From the IMG/VR virus record IMGVR_UViG_3300016474_000918, positions 1-37,208 of that record: 37,208 nucleotides of DNA, one strand, 5' to 3'. The stretch is from a virus. Taxonomy: Duplodnaviria; Caudoviricetes. Below the pieces are notes generated by a model that was not told where the DNA came from, did no database searches, and worked only from the letters and a program-made list of their open reading frames with translations. This document shows, piece by piece, positions 7,310 to 15,555 of this stretch (the stretch's first letter is position 1; each line of letters starts with the position of its first letter). The position numbers and the translations under genes were made by a program.

Positions 7310-7588
7310 TCAGGGTTGGCCCACGTGGGGCGGGTTGTAGCGAACGAGCGGTTGGATGAGGAACAGCAGGGTGCGCTGCTGGCGAAACTGCGCGAACTGC
7401 TCCACGTGCTGCTCATCCAGCACCACGAGGCAGCCGTGCAGGTGCCAGCCCTCGGCGAGGGCGGCGTTGACCTGCTTTTCGAGTTCGGCCACCGCGCCCG
7501 CGCGGGCGAGGCGATACTCCGCGCGCGGCTGCCGCGCGGCGGAACGGTTGAGCTGGTCCAAGAGAAAATCGCCGGAGGGTTCGCCCAT
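7310..7588 (-). CDS. Hypothetical protein (DUF1737-like)
   Basis: LEKQVNAALAEGWHLHG motif; operon packing. Confidence 0.6.
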   Translation of the reverse strand: MGEPSGDFLLDQLNRSAARQPRAEYRLARAGAVAELEKQVNAALAEGWHLHGCLVVLDEQHVEQFAQFRQQRTLLFLIQPLVRYNPPHVGQP

Positions 7589-7596
7589 GGTGTGAG

Positions 7597-7860
7597 TCAG
7601 TTAAGGCCGAAGGTGGCCAGTTGTTTCAGGGGACAGCCGGCAAAACTGGAGGCAAACACCAGCACGCGCTGGCGGCCCAGCTCCGGTTTCATGGGCGCGG
7701 CATAGGTCATGCACTGGCTCTGCGCGCTGCCTTCCAAGTGCAGGTGCTCGAACTTCGGCGCGATGACCGGCCAGCCCTTCACCTCGGTGGCCAGCGCATC
7801 CGCGAAGCGCCCGAGCAGGCAGGCCATGTCGATCGCGGCTTTGGGAGCGAAGGCGCTCAC
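7597..7860 (-). CDS. Hypothetical protein (87 aa)
   Basis: GTG start overlapping the upstream stop. Confidence 0.55.
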   Translation of the reverse strand: MSAFAPKAAIDMACLLGRFADALATEVKGWPVIAPKFEHLHLEGSAQSQCMTYAAPMKPELGRQRVLVFASSFAGCPLKQLATFGLN

Positions 7861-8039
7861 GATTCCCCCCGTTGCTTGGCGTCCAGCTCGGCCACCACCA
7901 GCGCCAGCGCAATCTGCCCTTCCGTGCCCATGCTTTTGACCAGATAGGCCAGCGCCCTGGCGTAGCTCTTAACTTTAACCTGCGTCGGCTCGTCCAGGCC
8001 AGCGATGACCCCGCGCACGTGAATGAGTTCGGCAGTCAT
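7857..8039 (-). CDS. Hypothetical protein (60 aa)
   Basis: MTAELIHV start overlaps the MuB-like stop (ATGA). Confidence 0.6.
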   Translation of the reverse strand: MTAELIHVRGVIAGLDEPTQVKVKSYARALAYLVKSMGTEGQIALALVVAELDAKQRGES

Positions 8040-9151
8040 TGCCACTCCCCTTCCTGCTGGCTCTGCTTCTCGATGCGAAGGTGCGCGTCGATGAAGTGTT
8101 CCCAGCTCAGTTTTTTCTCGGTGCGGCCGGCGAGCTTGCGCGCGTAGCGGATGCGCTCGGTGATGGCCTTGAGGCCGTCGCGCTTGCCGACCTGCCGCAG
8201 CACCTCGTAGGGCTGCTCGGTGACGTTCTTGACCGTGACCTCCAGCTTGGGCTCGGGAAACTCCAGCCCCGCGTGCTTGAGGATCGCGGCGAGGTCGCCC
8301 TTGGTCGGCATGGCGGGCAGGGCGACCTTGTGGACACCGCGCCGCCAGACCTGTTGCAGCTCGCCCTGGCTCGCGGCCTTGAGGTTGTCCAGGATGGTCC
8401 AGCTCAGGACCATGCCGCACTGCGTGAAGTCGTGGATGCGCCGCAGCACCTCAATGCATTTGAAGAAGCTCTTCACCTGATACGTGTGATGCAGCAGGTG
8501 AACCTCATCGAGGATCAGCAGCGTGCTCGGCGTCAGCGCCGTGCGGATGCGCCGGATCAAATCGGGCATGTTCGAGTTGGCCGAAATGCCGCAGGCCTGG
8601 GCGATGACCTTGACCATTCCGAACACGCCGCTGGCAGCTTCGAGTTCCACAAAGTAGGTGCGGCCGTGATTGTTCTGCTGCGCGTAGCGCTTGAGCGCCC
8701 ACGTTTTGCCGATGTGCGAAGGACCCCAAAGAATGACTGGCGTCTGGCTCTCGCGGCCGAGGTCGCACGCAAGGAAGATCTTGCGCGCCGTGGGCGTCTC
8801 GATGAACTCGGTGCGGCCACCGAGAAAGCGCTCCTGCTCCAGCCGCAGGAATTCGCGCGTGGCCTTGAGCAGGTCCGCCGGCACGTCGTATTTCTCGCCC
8901 GTGTCCGGGTTGGTGTGCCGGCCGGTGTAGATCTTGTAGAGCGTGTTGCGGGCATAGCCCACGCGCGCGGCAAAATCGTCCAGCGCGAGCGGGTGCGCCG
9001 GGTCAATGCACCAGCGGAACGCTGCCACCAGCGTGTCGCGCGCGGCGGGCGTGCAATGCGCCAGCCCGCCTTGGATCACGTCGCCGCTGAACTGCCACGT
9101 CGAGCGGATGCCGCCCAGCGCCTTCTCCTTCTCCTCATGTTCCTCACTCAT
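8036..9151 (-). CDS. MuB-like AAA+ transposition ATPase
   Basis: Walker A GPSHIGKT, Walker B LLILDEVH, N-terminal HTH; downstream of the transposase. Confidence 0.9.
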   Translation of the reverse strand: MSEEHEEKEKALGGIRSTWQFSGDVIQGGLAHCTPAARDTLVAAFRWCIDPAHPLALDDFAARVGYARNTLYKIYTGRHTNPDTGEKYDVPADLLKATREFLRLEQERFLGGRTEFIETPTARKIFLACDLGRESQTPVILWGPSHIGKTWALKRYAQQNNHGRTYFVELEAASGVFGMVKVIAQACGISANSNMPDLIRRIRTALTPSTLLILDEVHLLHHTYQVKSFFKCIEVLRRIHDFTQCGMVLSWTILDNLKAASQGELQQVWRRGVHKVALPAMPTKGDLAAILKHAGLEFPEPKLEVTVKNVTEQPYEVLRQVGKRDGLKAITERIRYARKLAGRTEKKLSWEHFIDAHLRIEKQSQQEGEWQ

Positions 9152-9171
9152 GGGTCATCACTCCTTTGGAA

Positions 9172-9360
9172 TTATCGAGCCGGAACCCAGTGGATGTTGT
9201 GGTCTCCGGGAACCGTGCCTTCACAAAGCCCGGCCTCAAACGCGGCCTTGGCGCGCGCGGTGTAGAAGTGCTGCTGAATCGCAAACGCGAGCAGCGCGAC
9301 GGTCAATACGGTGGCCACTATGGCCACCAGGGCTTTGTCCTGCGATCTCATGGTCATCAT
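9172..9360 (-). CDS. Small membrane protein between transposase and ATPase
   Basis: One TM helix (ALVAIVATVLTVALLAFAI); AAGGA ribosome-binding-like sequence upstream. Confidence 0.55.
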   Translation of the reverse strand: MMTMRSQDKALVAIVATVLTVALLAFAIQQHFYTARAKAAFEAGLCEGTVPGDHNIHWVPAR

Positions 9361-9374
9361 TCCTTTTTTTTGGG

Positions 9375-11606
9375 TTACAGCAGGTCTTCCGGTGCAAAGT
9401 CGTCTGCGTCCTGCACCGCGACAGCGGGCTGCTCCGCCGTCACAAAGTCGTCCGTGCCGCCCTCAAACCGCGCGACCTTGCGCGCGGTGCGGCGTTCCGC
9501 TTCCGGCATGCGGCCGGCCTGCACCGCGGCGTTGTGCTCGCGGAGGAAGGCGATGCGCTGCGCGTCCTCGCCGTGGCGCTGGCGCATGGGCGCGAGCTTC
9601 TCGTCGCGCCAGCGCTTGACCTGGCCAACCTGCTCAATGACCGCGTGCTGGTCCGCGCGGCAGGCCGCCACCCGGCGCGTGCACACGCTCACGAAGCGGC
9701 CGTCCGCGTCGTAGATGGCCATGCGGTCGGGGGCCATGGGATTGACCACGCAGAGATACCGCGCGCCCTCGCGCAACGGCTGGCCGCTGCGGTCGATGGC
9801 CGCGTAAGCGAGGCCGTCCGGGTCGATGTTCGCGTCGTCAAAACAGATCTCGCCGCCGCGCACGGTCTTGAGTTCGCCGCCGGCGACCGCGAGGTCACGG
9901 CCCACGATCTCCAGCAGCGCCGAGAGCGGCAGCTTCACCAAACCCTCGCGGCCCGTGGCCAGCGCCTCGGCGCGCGTCATGCGGCGCGCGCGGATGTGTT
10001 CCGGGTTGGCTTGGAGCGACAGCGCCAGCGTGCGCGCGGCGTCGGGCGTGAGCGTGGCGAGGTAGGCTTCCAGCTCGGTCACGGCCACCCATTGGCCGGC
10101 GACGGCGTCGAAGACTTCCTTCACGATGAACCCGCACTTCTCCCACTCCTTGCACGCGTGGTCAGGATCGTTGTTCAGGTCGGCAATGGCCTGATGCACC
10201 TGTGCAGCCACTTCGCTGAAGGTCAGCAGCGGCAGGCGGAATTCGGCCGCGCGATCGCCGGGCAGCAGGCCGATGGACTTCAGCAGCTGCACCGCCTGGC
10301 TGGCCTCGGTCTGGCTGTGCTCGGGCGAGTGCAGGCGGTCCTTGCCCACCTGACCGGGCAGGGCATCCACGCGGTTGCGCAGCCGGTTCCAAGCGCCTTC
10401 AATGGGCTTGAAACGCGGATTGCCGCCGCGCGGCGCGGCGCTCTGGCCACCGTGGGCCGGCTTGGAAAACCCTTCGCTCTTGGCGAACGTCACCTTGCCG
10501 CCCGTCGCGCGCCAGATGCGGGCTTGCAGGTCGTGGCGGTCGGGATGGTCGAGCGGGCGCTCGGGATCGCAGGTGTCACCGCGAATGGCGAAGGTGCCGC
10601 CCTCGACCAGGAACTGCGTGCCGGTGTCGCCGCGGAAGCCGGTCTCGGTCAGGAACGCGAGGACAAACCACATCGTGTCGCGCTCGTTGATCACGCGCAG
10701 CTTGTCCGCGTCCTGATCCCAGATCGTGGACTTCATGGTGTAGCTCACCATCGCGTCGCTGGCGTAGTCGTGCAGGCCGAGGCCGCGCGGGCGCACGGGC
10801 TTGGACTGGCCGGGCATCAGGCACTGGATGTCCTGCACCTCGTCGTCGCCGCTGATGATTTGGTAGGGCTTCACTCCGACGCGCGAGAACCGCGCCTTGA
10901 GCCCGATGCTCGCGGCCGCCTTCAGGCCTACGCGTGCGGCCTTGCGCTCGAAGCGATCCGGCGCGTGCCGCGTGAGGTTGCCGAGCGTCCAGCCCTCGGG
11001 CAGGCCGGTGGTGGGCAGGGCCTTGGGCCACTCCGCGTAGCCGGGAAACTCGCGGCCCCACGTGACGCCCTTGACGCGCTGGCCGTCGGTGGTGAATCCC
11101 ACCGTGTAGAGGCTGGCCAGATCACGGAACGCCGACGCCATCACGCGCTGATGCCGGTCCACGAGGAAGGCCCAGAGCCGGATGAAGTCCTTGCGGCCCT
11201 CGATGCCGCTGGCCTTCTGCCGTTGCCACCGCGCGAGCATGCGCCAGTCGCCGGCCTCGAAGAGCTGCGTGCCGCCGACGCGCCGGCCGCTGCGGGTGAA
11301 CTGATAGTAGAGGTTGCGGATGCTGCTCTCGCCCCACCCGAGGACGCCGTCCACGGCGAGCTGCCGCGCGTGGTAGGCAAAGCCGTCGCGAACATCCGGC
11401 CAGTGGTGATGGATGTCCTCGAAGACCCGCAGCATGCGGCGGATGCGCCCGCACTCTTCCACGCCCAGCGCCGCGAACTCGTCGGCATCCTCGAACGGGA
11501 TGCTGAACTCCACCGCCGGCCGCGCCGCCAAGCGCGCCGCCACGCGCGACTGCTGGCGGGCAAGGGCGGCCGGGCTGGCGGTGCGGTCGGTGAGGAGGAG
11601 GTTCAT
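9375..11606 (-). CDS. MuA-like DDE transposase (743 aa)
   Basis: ISGDDEVQD, FLVEGGT and GNPRFKPIEGAWNRL catalytic-region motifs; size; adjacent ATPase. Start trimmed to MNLLLT. Confidence 0.87.
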   Translation of the reverse strand: MNLLLTDRTASPAALARQQSRVAARLAARPAVEFSIPFEDADEFAALGVEECGRIRRMLRVFEDIHHHWPDVRDGFAYHARQLAVDGVLGWGESSIRNLYYQFTRSGRRVGGTQLFEAGDWRMLARWQRQKASGIEGRKDFIRLWAFLVDRHQRVMASAFRDLASLYTVGFTTDGQRVKGVTWGREFPGYAEWPKALPTTGLPEGWTLGNLTRHAPDRFERKAARVGLKAAASIGLKARFSRVGVKPYQIISGDDEVQDIQCLMPGQSKPVRPRGLGLHDYASDAMVSYTMKSTIWDQDADKLRVINERDTMWFVLAFLTETGFRGDTGTQFLVEGGTFAIRGDTCDPERPLDHPDRHDLQARIWRATGGKVTFAKSEGFSKPAHGGQSAAPRGGNPRFKPIEGAWNRLRNRVDALPGQVGKDRLHSPEHSQTEASQAVQLLKSIGLLPGDRAAEFRLPLLTFSEVAAQVHQAIADLNNDPDHACKEWEKCGFIVKEVFDAVAGQWVAVTELEAYLATLTPDAARTLALSLQANPEHIRARRMTRAEALATGREGLVKLPLSALLEIVGRDLAVAGGELKTVRGGEICFDDANIDPDGLAYAAIDRSGQPLREGARYLCVVNPMAPDRMAIYDADGRFVSVCTRRVAACRADQHAVIEQVGQVKRWRDEKLAPMRQRHGEDAQRIAFLREHNAAVQAGRMPEAERRTARKVARFEGGTDDFVTAEQPAVAVQDADDFAPEDLL

Positions 11607-11614
11607 GGTGGGGT

Positions 11615-11643
11615 GGCGATTGCCGATTGCCGATTTGCGATGG
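11615..11643 (-). repeat. Heptamer tandem repeat, family A (CAATCG[G/C])n; other copies at 16111-16131, 20313-20357 and 30598-30625
   Basis: CATCGC AAATCGG CAATCGG CAATCGCC, directly upstream of the transposase start. Confidence 0.8.
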
Positions 11644-11644
11644 C

Positions 11645-12379
11645 TCAGTGACGGGCCTTGAGCTTCACCGCCTTGAGGTTGGCCACGAAGCCGGCCCACT
11701 GCGCTTCAAGGTCATGGCGCAGCGCGGCGAACTGCGCCGGGTTCTCCTCGGCCAGCTCGTGGATCATGGCCTTGATCTTGGGCGTGCTCAGGACGTGCAG
11801 CGTCTGCTTGAGTTCGCCCAGGTGCTGCGCCAGCTCGGCCAGCTCGCGCTTGCGCTTCTGCTCGGGCGTGGGCACCTGCGGCGGGCGCACGCGCTTGGGC
11901 TTCTCCGGGTTGCGCACGCGCGCGGCCCACTTGTAGAGCGCGGTCAGGCTGCTGGCCCCGCTGGCCTCGATGACTTCGCGCCCGAGTTCTTCGAGCTGCG
12001 CCTCATCGGGCTGGGCGTCGCCGTTGCCCAGCAGCGCCACCACGCGGCCCGCCAGCTCCGGCGCGCGCTGCGCCGTGGCATCGCCCACGGCCACCCAGCG
12101 CTTCATGGTCTTCAGCTTGTCCTCGCCAAAGTGCGTGACGAACCAGTCGTTCACCTGCCCGTGCGCGAGCTGCTGCCGCTGCACTTGCAGGATCTGGCCG
12201 ACCATCGCCACGCGCGCGGCGTTGATGCGGAAGCCGGCTTCCATCTGCGCTTCGGTCTTGCTGATCGCGTCGATCAGCGCGCGGATGGCGGCGATGCGGT
12301 CGTGTTCCTCGCGGAACGCGGCCACCGCGCCGGTGGGCAGGTGTTGGAGGGCGTGGGGGTTGCTCATCTCGTGGCTCAT
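11645..12379 (-). CDS. Hypothetical helical protein (244 aa) upstream of the transposase
   Basis: Coherent ORF with GC3-rich codons; operon position. Confidence 0.7.
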   Translation of the reverse strand: MSHEMSNPHALQHLPTGAVAAFREEHDRIAAIRALIDAISKTEAQMEAGFRINAARVAMVGQILQVQRQQLAHGQVNDWFVTHFGEDKLKTMKRWVAVGDATAQRAPELAGRVVALLGNGDAQPDEAQLEELGREVIEASGASSLTALYKWAARVRNPEKPKRVRPPQVPTPEQKRKRELAELAQHLGELKQTLHVLSTPKIKAMIHELAEENPAQFAALRHDLEAQWAGFVANLKAVKLKARH

Positions 12380-12395
12380 CGTGTCTTTGGTTTGG

Positions 12396-12428
12396 CTTTG
12401 AACTTTCAACTCTCAGCTTTCAACTTCA
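12396..12428 (+). repeat. Heptamer tandem repeat, family B (CTTTCAA)n; other copies at 15787-15814, 16172-16199, 23080-23100 and 26918-26945
   Basis: CTTTGAA CTTTCAA CTCTCAG CTTTCAA CTTCA. Confidence 0.8.
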
Positions 12429-12869
12429 CAAAACGCGGCGCTTTTTCAGGAACGCGATCGCCGACTCGCGGGAAATCAAAGGGCTGTCCGTGGCGTTTTC
12501 CGGGCGACTGCACGCGCGCAGCTCGCGGGTTTCCAGCAGCCGGGAAAAGAGTTGCTGGCTGCACCAGAACCGCCGGTAAAGCAGCGCTACGCGCGGCTGC
12601 GCCCAGCGCACGGGCAACACCTCGGCATACACGGTCTCGTCGGTCAGGGTCTGCGCGCCGGTGGCGTTGCGGGCCGCGATCAGCGAGCGCCAGAAGAACC
12701 GCAGCTCGCGCCGGCCCTCGCCCGTGCCGAGATCCCACGCATGCGAGATCACGCCGTCCTCCATGCGCCCGATCACGCCGTCGCGGTCGGTGTCGAGATA
12801 CAGCGCGGCCACGTCGATGGGCAGCAGCGGCCGGGCCGAGGAAAGGAGTTGCAAGGGCTCGGCGTTCAT
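12426..12869 (-). CDS. Hypothetical protein, possible HTH DNA-binding
   Basis: MNAEPLQ start overlaps the upstream stop; LPIDVAALYLDTDRDGVIGRMEDG is excisionase-HTH-like. Confidence 0.65.
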   Translation of the reverse strand: MNAEPLQLLSSARPLLPIDVAALYLDTDRDGVIGRMEDGVISHAWDLGTGEGRRELRFFWRSLIAARNATGAQTLTDETVYAEVLPVRWAQPRVALLYRRFWCSQQLFSRLLETRELRACSRPENATDSPLISRESAIAFLKKRRVL

Positions 12870-13156
12870 GCGGCGGGGACCTTGGCTTGCGCGCGGGCAA
12901 ACTGCGCGAAGTGGCGGGCGTAGCGGCGCTTCACATCCTCGACCACGGCCGGGTTCAGCTCGCCGCGCTGGAGCATGAGCCAGAGCTTTTTCGCCTTGCG
13001 CGCCGCGTAGCCGGGGTGGGCCGGTGTGGCGTTGGTGAGTTCGAGGTGCTTGCCTTGCAGCGCCGAGGTGCCGAAGGCGCGCGTGGCAAAGGCGGCGCTC
13101 ACTTCCGTTCCGGTGTCGATGCCGCCGTAGGCGATGTGCCGGCCTTGGGGATTCAT
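12866..13156 (-). CDS. Hypothetical protein (96 aa)
   Basis: ATGA overlaps at both ends. Confidence 0.6.
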   Translation of the reverse strand: MNPQGRHIAYGGIDTGTEVSAAFATRAFGTSALQGKHLELTNATPAHPGYAARKAKKLWLMLQRGELNPAVVEDVKRRYARHFAQFARAQAKVPAA

Positions 13157-13386
13157 CGTGCGCCTCCGTGACACGCCGCGAGCCAGCGGCGTTGGTTGGC
13201 GATGTAGAAGCGCAACTGCTGGGCCAGCCAGGGGCGGTTGCGCTTGGGCCATTCGGCCAGCGACCGCTGGATGCTGCGGCCAGCGCTGCGGCTGCGCTCA
13301 TTCACCGCGCGCTCGGCCAGCGCCAGGATGCCGTGCAACACAAGCGACCCGGCCGGATCAAGCGCAACTTTGTGCAGTGCTGTCAT
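13153..13386 (-). CDS. Hypothetical protein (77 aa)
   Basis: Operon packing. Confidence 0.6.
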   Translation of the reverse strand: MTALHKVALDPAGSLVLHGILALAERAVNERSRSAGRSIQRSLAEWPKRNRPWLAQQLRFYIANQRRWLAACHGGAR

Positions 13387-13400
13387 GAGGCGACCTTGGG

Positions 13401-13709
13401 TTAGGATTGGAGCGCGCGTTCAATGCGGCGCGCGATGCGGCTGGAAAGGCTTTGAGACTGCCTCTCAAAGGAGATGACTGATGCCCGCGAAACGCCCGCC
13501 GCCGCCGCAAGCGCGTTCCGTGAACGGTAGCCGGCAGCAAGCAGCCGGCGGCGAAATGCGTCGCGAGGAGACGGGATTAGCGCGGAAGCTGGGAGCTTTA
13601 CGAAAACGCGCCGCTTAACTTGACCATGCTGCCGCATGACCATGCCCAACAAGTCGAACTGGCACGGCTGCTTTAGGGCGCGGCGGATGGCGGGAATAAA
13701 GTCAGTCAT
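13401..13709 (-). CDS. Cro/Ner-like HTH regulator
   Basis: SRNALAAAAGVSRASVISFER helix-turn-helix; second gene of the early operon. Confidence 0.7.
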   Translation of the reverse strand: MTDFIPAIRRALKQPCQFDLLGMVMRQHGQVKRRVFVKLPASALIPSPRDAFRRRLLAAGYRSRNALAAAAGVSRASVISFERQSQSLSSRIARRIERALQS

Positions 13710-13888
13710 GCTACCTCCTCAATCACAATGCCTGCCCGCGTGAGCCGCTCGCGAACCGCCTGCCGAATCAATTTAGAGCGGTCTGTGTCAGAGCGGCGGA
13801 CCTCAAAATCCAGCGCGCGAACCAGCGGTTTAGGCAGCCATAACGCCACGAGCTCAGACTTTTTTGTTTTCACTGCGCCGCGTTGCAT
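13706..13888 (-). CDS. Ribbon-helix-helix (CopG/Arc-like) regulator, first early gene
   Basis: LVALWLPKPLVRALDFEVRRSDTDRSKLIRQAVRERL RHH pattern. Confidence 0.8.
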   Translation of the reverse strand: MQRGAVKTKKSELVALWLPKPLVRALDFEVRRSDTDRSKLIRQAVRERLTRAGIVIEEVA

Positions 13889-13966
13889 GACTGGGTGTAT
13901 AATTGAGTTATGCACCCGTGTCAAGGGGCCTCTTGTAGTTTTTCGTCAGGGGTGTATAAACCGGGT
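13889..13966. promoter_or_regulatory. Divergent promoters and operators of the lysis/lysogeny switch
   Basis: Leftward TTGACA-17-TATACA ends 7 nt before the ATG; rightward TTGTAG-16-TATAAA ends 6 nt before the GTG. GGGTG(T/C)ATAA boxes at 13893-13902, 13908-13917 (inverted) and 13950-13959. Confidence 0.7.
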
Positions 13967-14347
13967 GTGCCGAATCAGCGCCACCAAGACCAGCAACTCA
14001 TTGCTTTCGCAGCCGACAAAAAGCTTCTTGCGGCTCTGGACACGGTTGCGAGAAGCGAAGGGCGAGATAGATCCAGTTTTATCAGGCTGGCGCTGGTGGA
14101 TGAGCTGAATAAGCGCGGTCAAAATCTTGACCCGGAGCTGGCGCTTGCGCCACAGCGCGCAAAAGCGGTCTATCCCACGCCGCGGTCGCAGGCTTACGAG
14201 CTGAACGAAATCAGTTCCGCCCCAGCACGGCCACGGACAGCCGACGAAGCCGCAGCGGCCGAGGAGGCGCAGGCCGCAGCGCAACTGCGGAAACCCGCAA
14301 CTGCCGCGCCCACCGCAGCAGCCGCGCGCCGCGCTCGGCGAAAATGA
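13967..14347 (+). CDS. Putative prophage repressor with N-terminal RHH domain
   Basis: LIAFAADKKLLAALDTVARSEGRDRSSFIRLALVDEL RHH pattern; divergent from the early operon; GTG start. Confidence 0.72.
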   Translation: MPNQRHQDQQLIAFAADKKLLAALDTVARSEGRDRSSFIRLALVDELNKRGQNLDPELALAPQRAKAVYPTPRSQAYELNEISSAPARPRTADEAAAAEEAQAAAQLRKPATAAPTAAAARRARRK

Positions 14348-14435
14348 CCGCCAACCGCATGCGCTCCCTCGGGTCCAGTTCGCCGGCGATCGCTTCCAGC
14401 TCGGGCTCCAGCTCGATTCGCTTGTGGGTGTTCAT
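14211..14435 (-). CDS. Possible small protein (74 aa), convergent with and overlapping the repressor 3' end
   Basis: MNTHKRIELEPELEAIAGELDPRERMRLAVIF reads as an amphipathic helical protein. Confidence 0.4.
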   Translation of the reverse strand: MNTHKRIELEPELEAIAGELDPRERMRLAVIFAERGARLLRWARQLRVSAVALRPAPPRPLRLRRLSVAVLGRN

Positions 14436-14596
14436 GCTGGCAGAGTATGGCGGCCGGCTGGGACACTGCCTGTCCGTGTGAATAACTCGCCGCCACTGCC
14501 TCCTTGGCTGCTCTGGCCCGCGCTCGGCGTGGGCGTGGTGCTGGGCTGGGCTTTGATCGGCTGGCTGCTGTCCACCTTCTTTCCCCAAGACCATCC

Positions 14597-15043
14597 ATGA
14601 AACTGCTCTGCACGCTCATTGCCGCCGCGCTGCTGGCGGGCTGCTCAGCGCCACCGAAAGACACGCGCTCCCCCAGCCCTTCGTCGTCCATTCGGCTGCC
14701 TACCCTGGCTGAGTCGATTGCGGAGCAAGAGGCGAGCTTTGCCCGCCGTGCCGAGCGCGCGCAAAAGGCGCAGCGCGAAGCGGACGCCGAAAACGCGGCC
14801 CGGCGAACTGCGTTTGTCGCAGCAAACCCCGATCTGCCAGAAGCTGACCGCACTGTGCTCCTGCGCGGCGGTTATGCTTTGGGCTGGCCAGCTGACTGGG
14901 TGCGCGCCAGCCGCGGCGAACCGCAGCGAACCTCGACCAGTGTCAGCGCGTTGGGCACCTTTGAGTCGTGGACCTACCGAAGCGGCCACGAGATCGTCTA
15001 CTTCCTCAACGGCCGCGTCTCCCGCTGGCATCATTCGGACTGA
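14597..15043 (+). CDS. Lipoprotein, candidate superinfection-exclusion or lysogenic conversion factor
   Basis: Signal peptide MKLLCTLIAAALLAG-C (lipobox); C-terminal VRASRGEP...ESWTY...VYFLNGRV resembles SmpA/BamE-like domains. Confidence 0.75.
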   Translation: MKLLCTLIAAALLAGCSAPPKDTRSPSPSSSIRLPTLAESIAEQEASFARRAERAQKAQREADAENAARRTAFVAANPDLPEADRTVLLRGGYALGWPADWVRASRGEPQRTSTSVSALGTFESWTYRSGHEIVYFLNGRVSRWHHSD

Positions 15044-15075
15044 GCGCACCCGCGCTTTCCCGGCTCAAAATCACC

Positions 15076-15333
15076 GATTTGGGACACGCGTGTCCTCAGC
15101 CACTAAGCCAAGTGGCTTTTTCTACTTTACTGCCAAGCTACGTGTGTGGACTGTTGCCATGGCAACAAATCAGCCGCCCAATCAAAAGCCGCTCCAGCAA
15201 AGGCCGGATAGTATTTGGCCTGCGCTGTCAACTACGTTACCAAGCCGTAACGTTAGAAAAAGGACACCGTGTCCCAAGTCCGTGGTAAAGCCGGTTTTAC
15301 CCCGGCAAAAACCTGATTTGGGACACGCGTGTC
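15076..15333. repeat. Three copies of a 19-bp motif GATTTGGGACACGCGTGTC (15076-15094 +, 15262-15280 -, 15315-15333 +)
   Basis: Two identical direct copies and one degenerate inverted copy (GACTTGGGACACGGTGTCC) in a 510-bp intergenic region. Confidence 0.85.
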
Positions 15334-15350
15334 TCCAGCTCGTCGGCGGC

Positions 15351-15379
15351 TGAAAATGCTTCCCCCGGCGGGAAGGACG
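15351..15379 (+). promoter_or_regulatory. 29-bp motif before the first late operon (second copy at 20960-20988)
   Basis: TGAAAATGCTTCCCCCGGCGGGAAGGACG vs TGAAAACACTTCCCCCGGCGGGAAGGACG, 27/29 identical, with a CTTCCC/GGGAAG dyad. Confidence 0.6.
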
Positions 15380-15555
15380 GGCGCGGGGCGGGCGGGCATC
15401 CTGCGGGCCGTGATGAGCGCCCACAACCCTGTCCGCCGGCCTTCCGCTTGGAACTGGCCGGCCTGCCGCTTGCGCACGGCGGGCGATGCGGCGTTTGCCG
15501 CTCCGGTTCTCCTCCCGGCTCATCAATCCCCGCCGTGCGCGCTTCCCTCTCTGGC

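Noticed and set aside
9364-9371. T8 run as a terminator or phase-variable tract
   Set aside because: Intergenic, no preceding stem; reads as an A-rich leader for the downstream minus-strand gene.
9006-13171. Very long plus-strand ORFs (881 aa, 514 aa) opposite the early genes, and long minus-strand ORFs opposite the late genes (e.g. 17169-18944, 19147-21039, 32428-34668)
   Set aside because: Antisense shadows of real genes in high-GC DNA; no motifs and implausible composition.
15076-15333. Mini CRISPR array
   Set aside because: Only three 19-bp copies, in mixed orientation and with irregular spacing; no cas genes.
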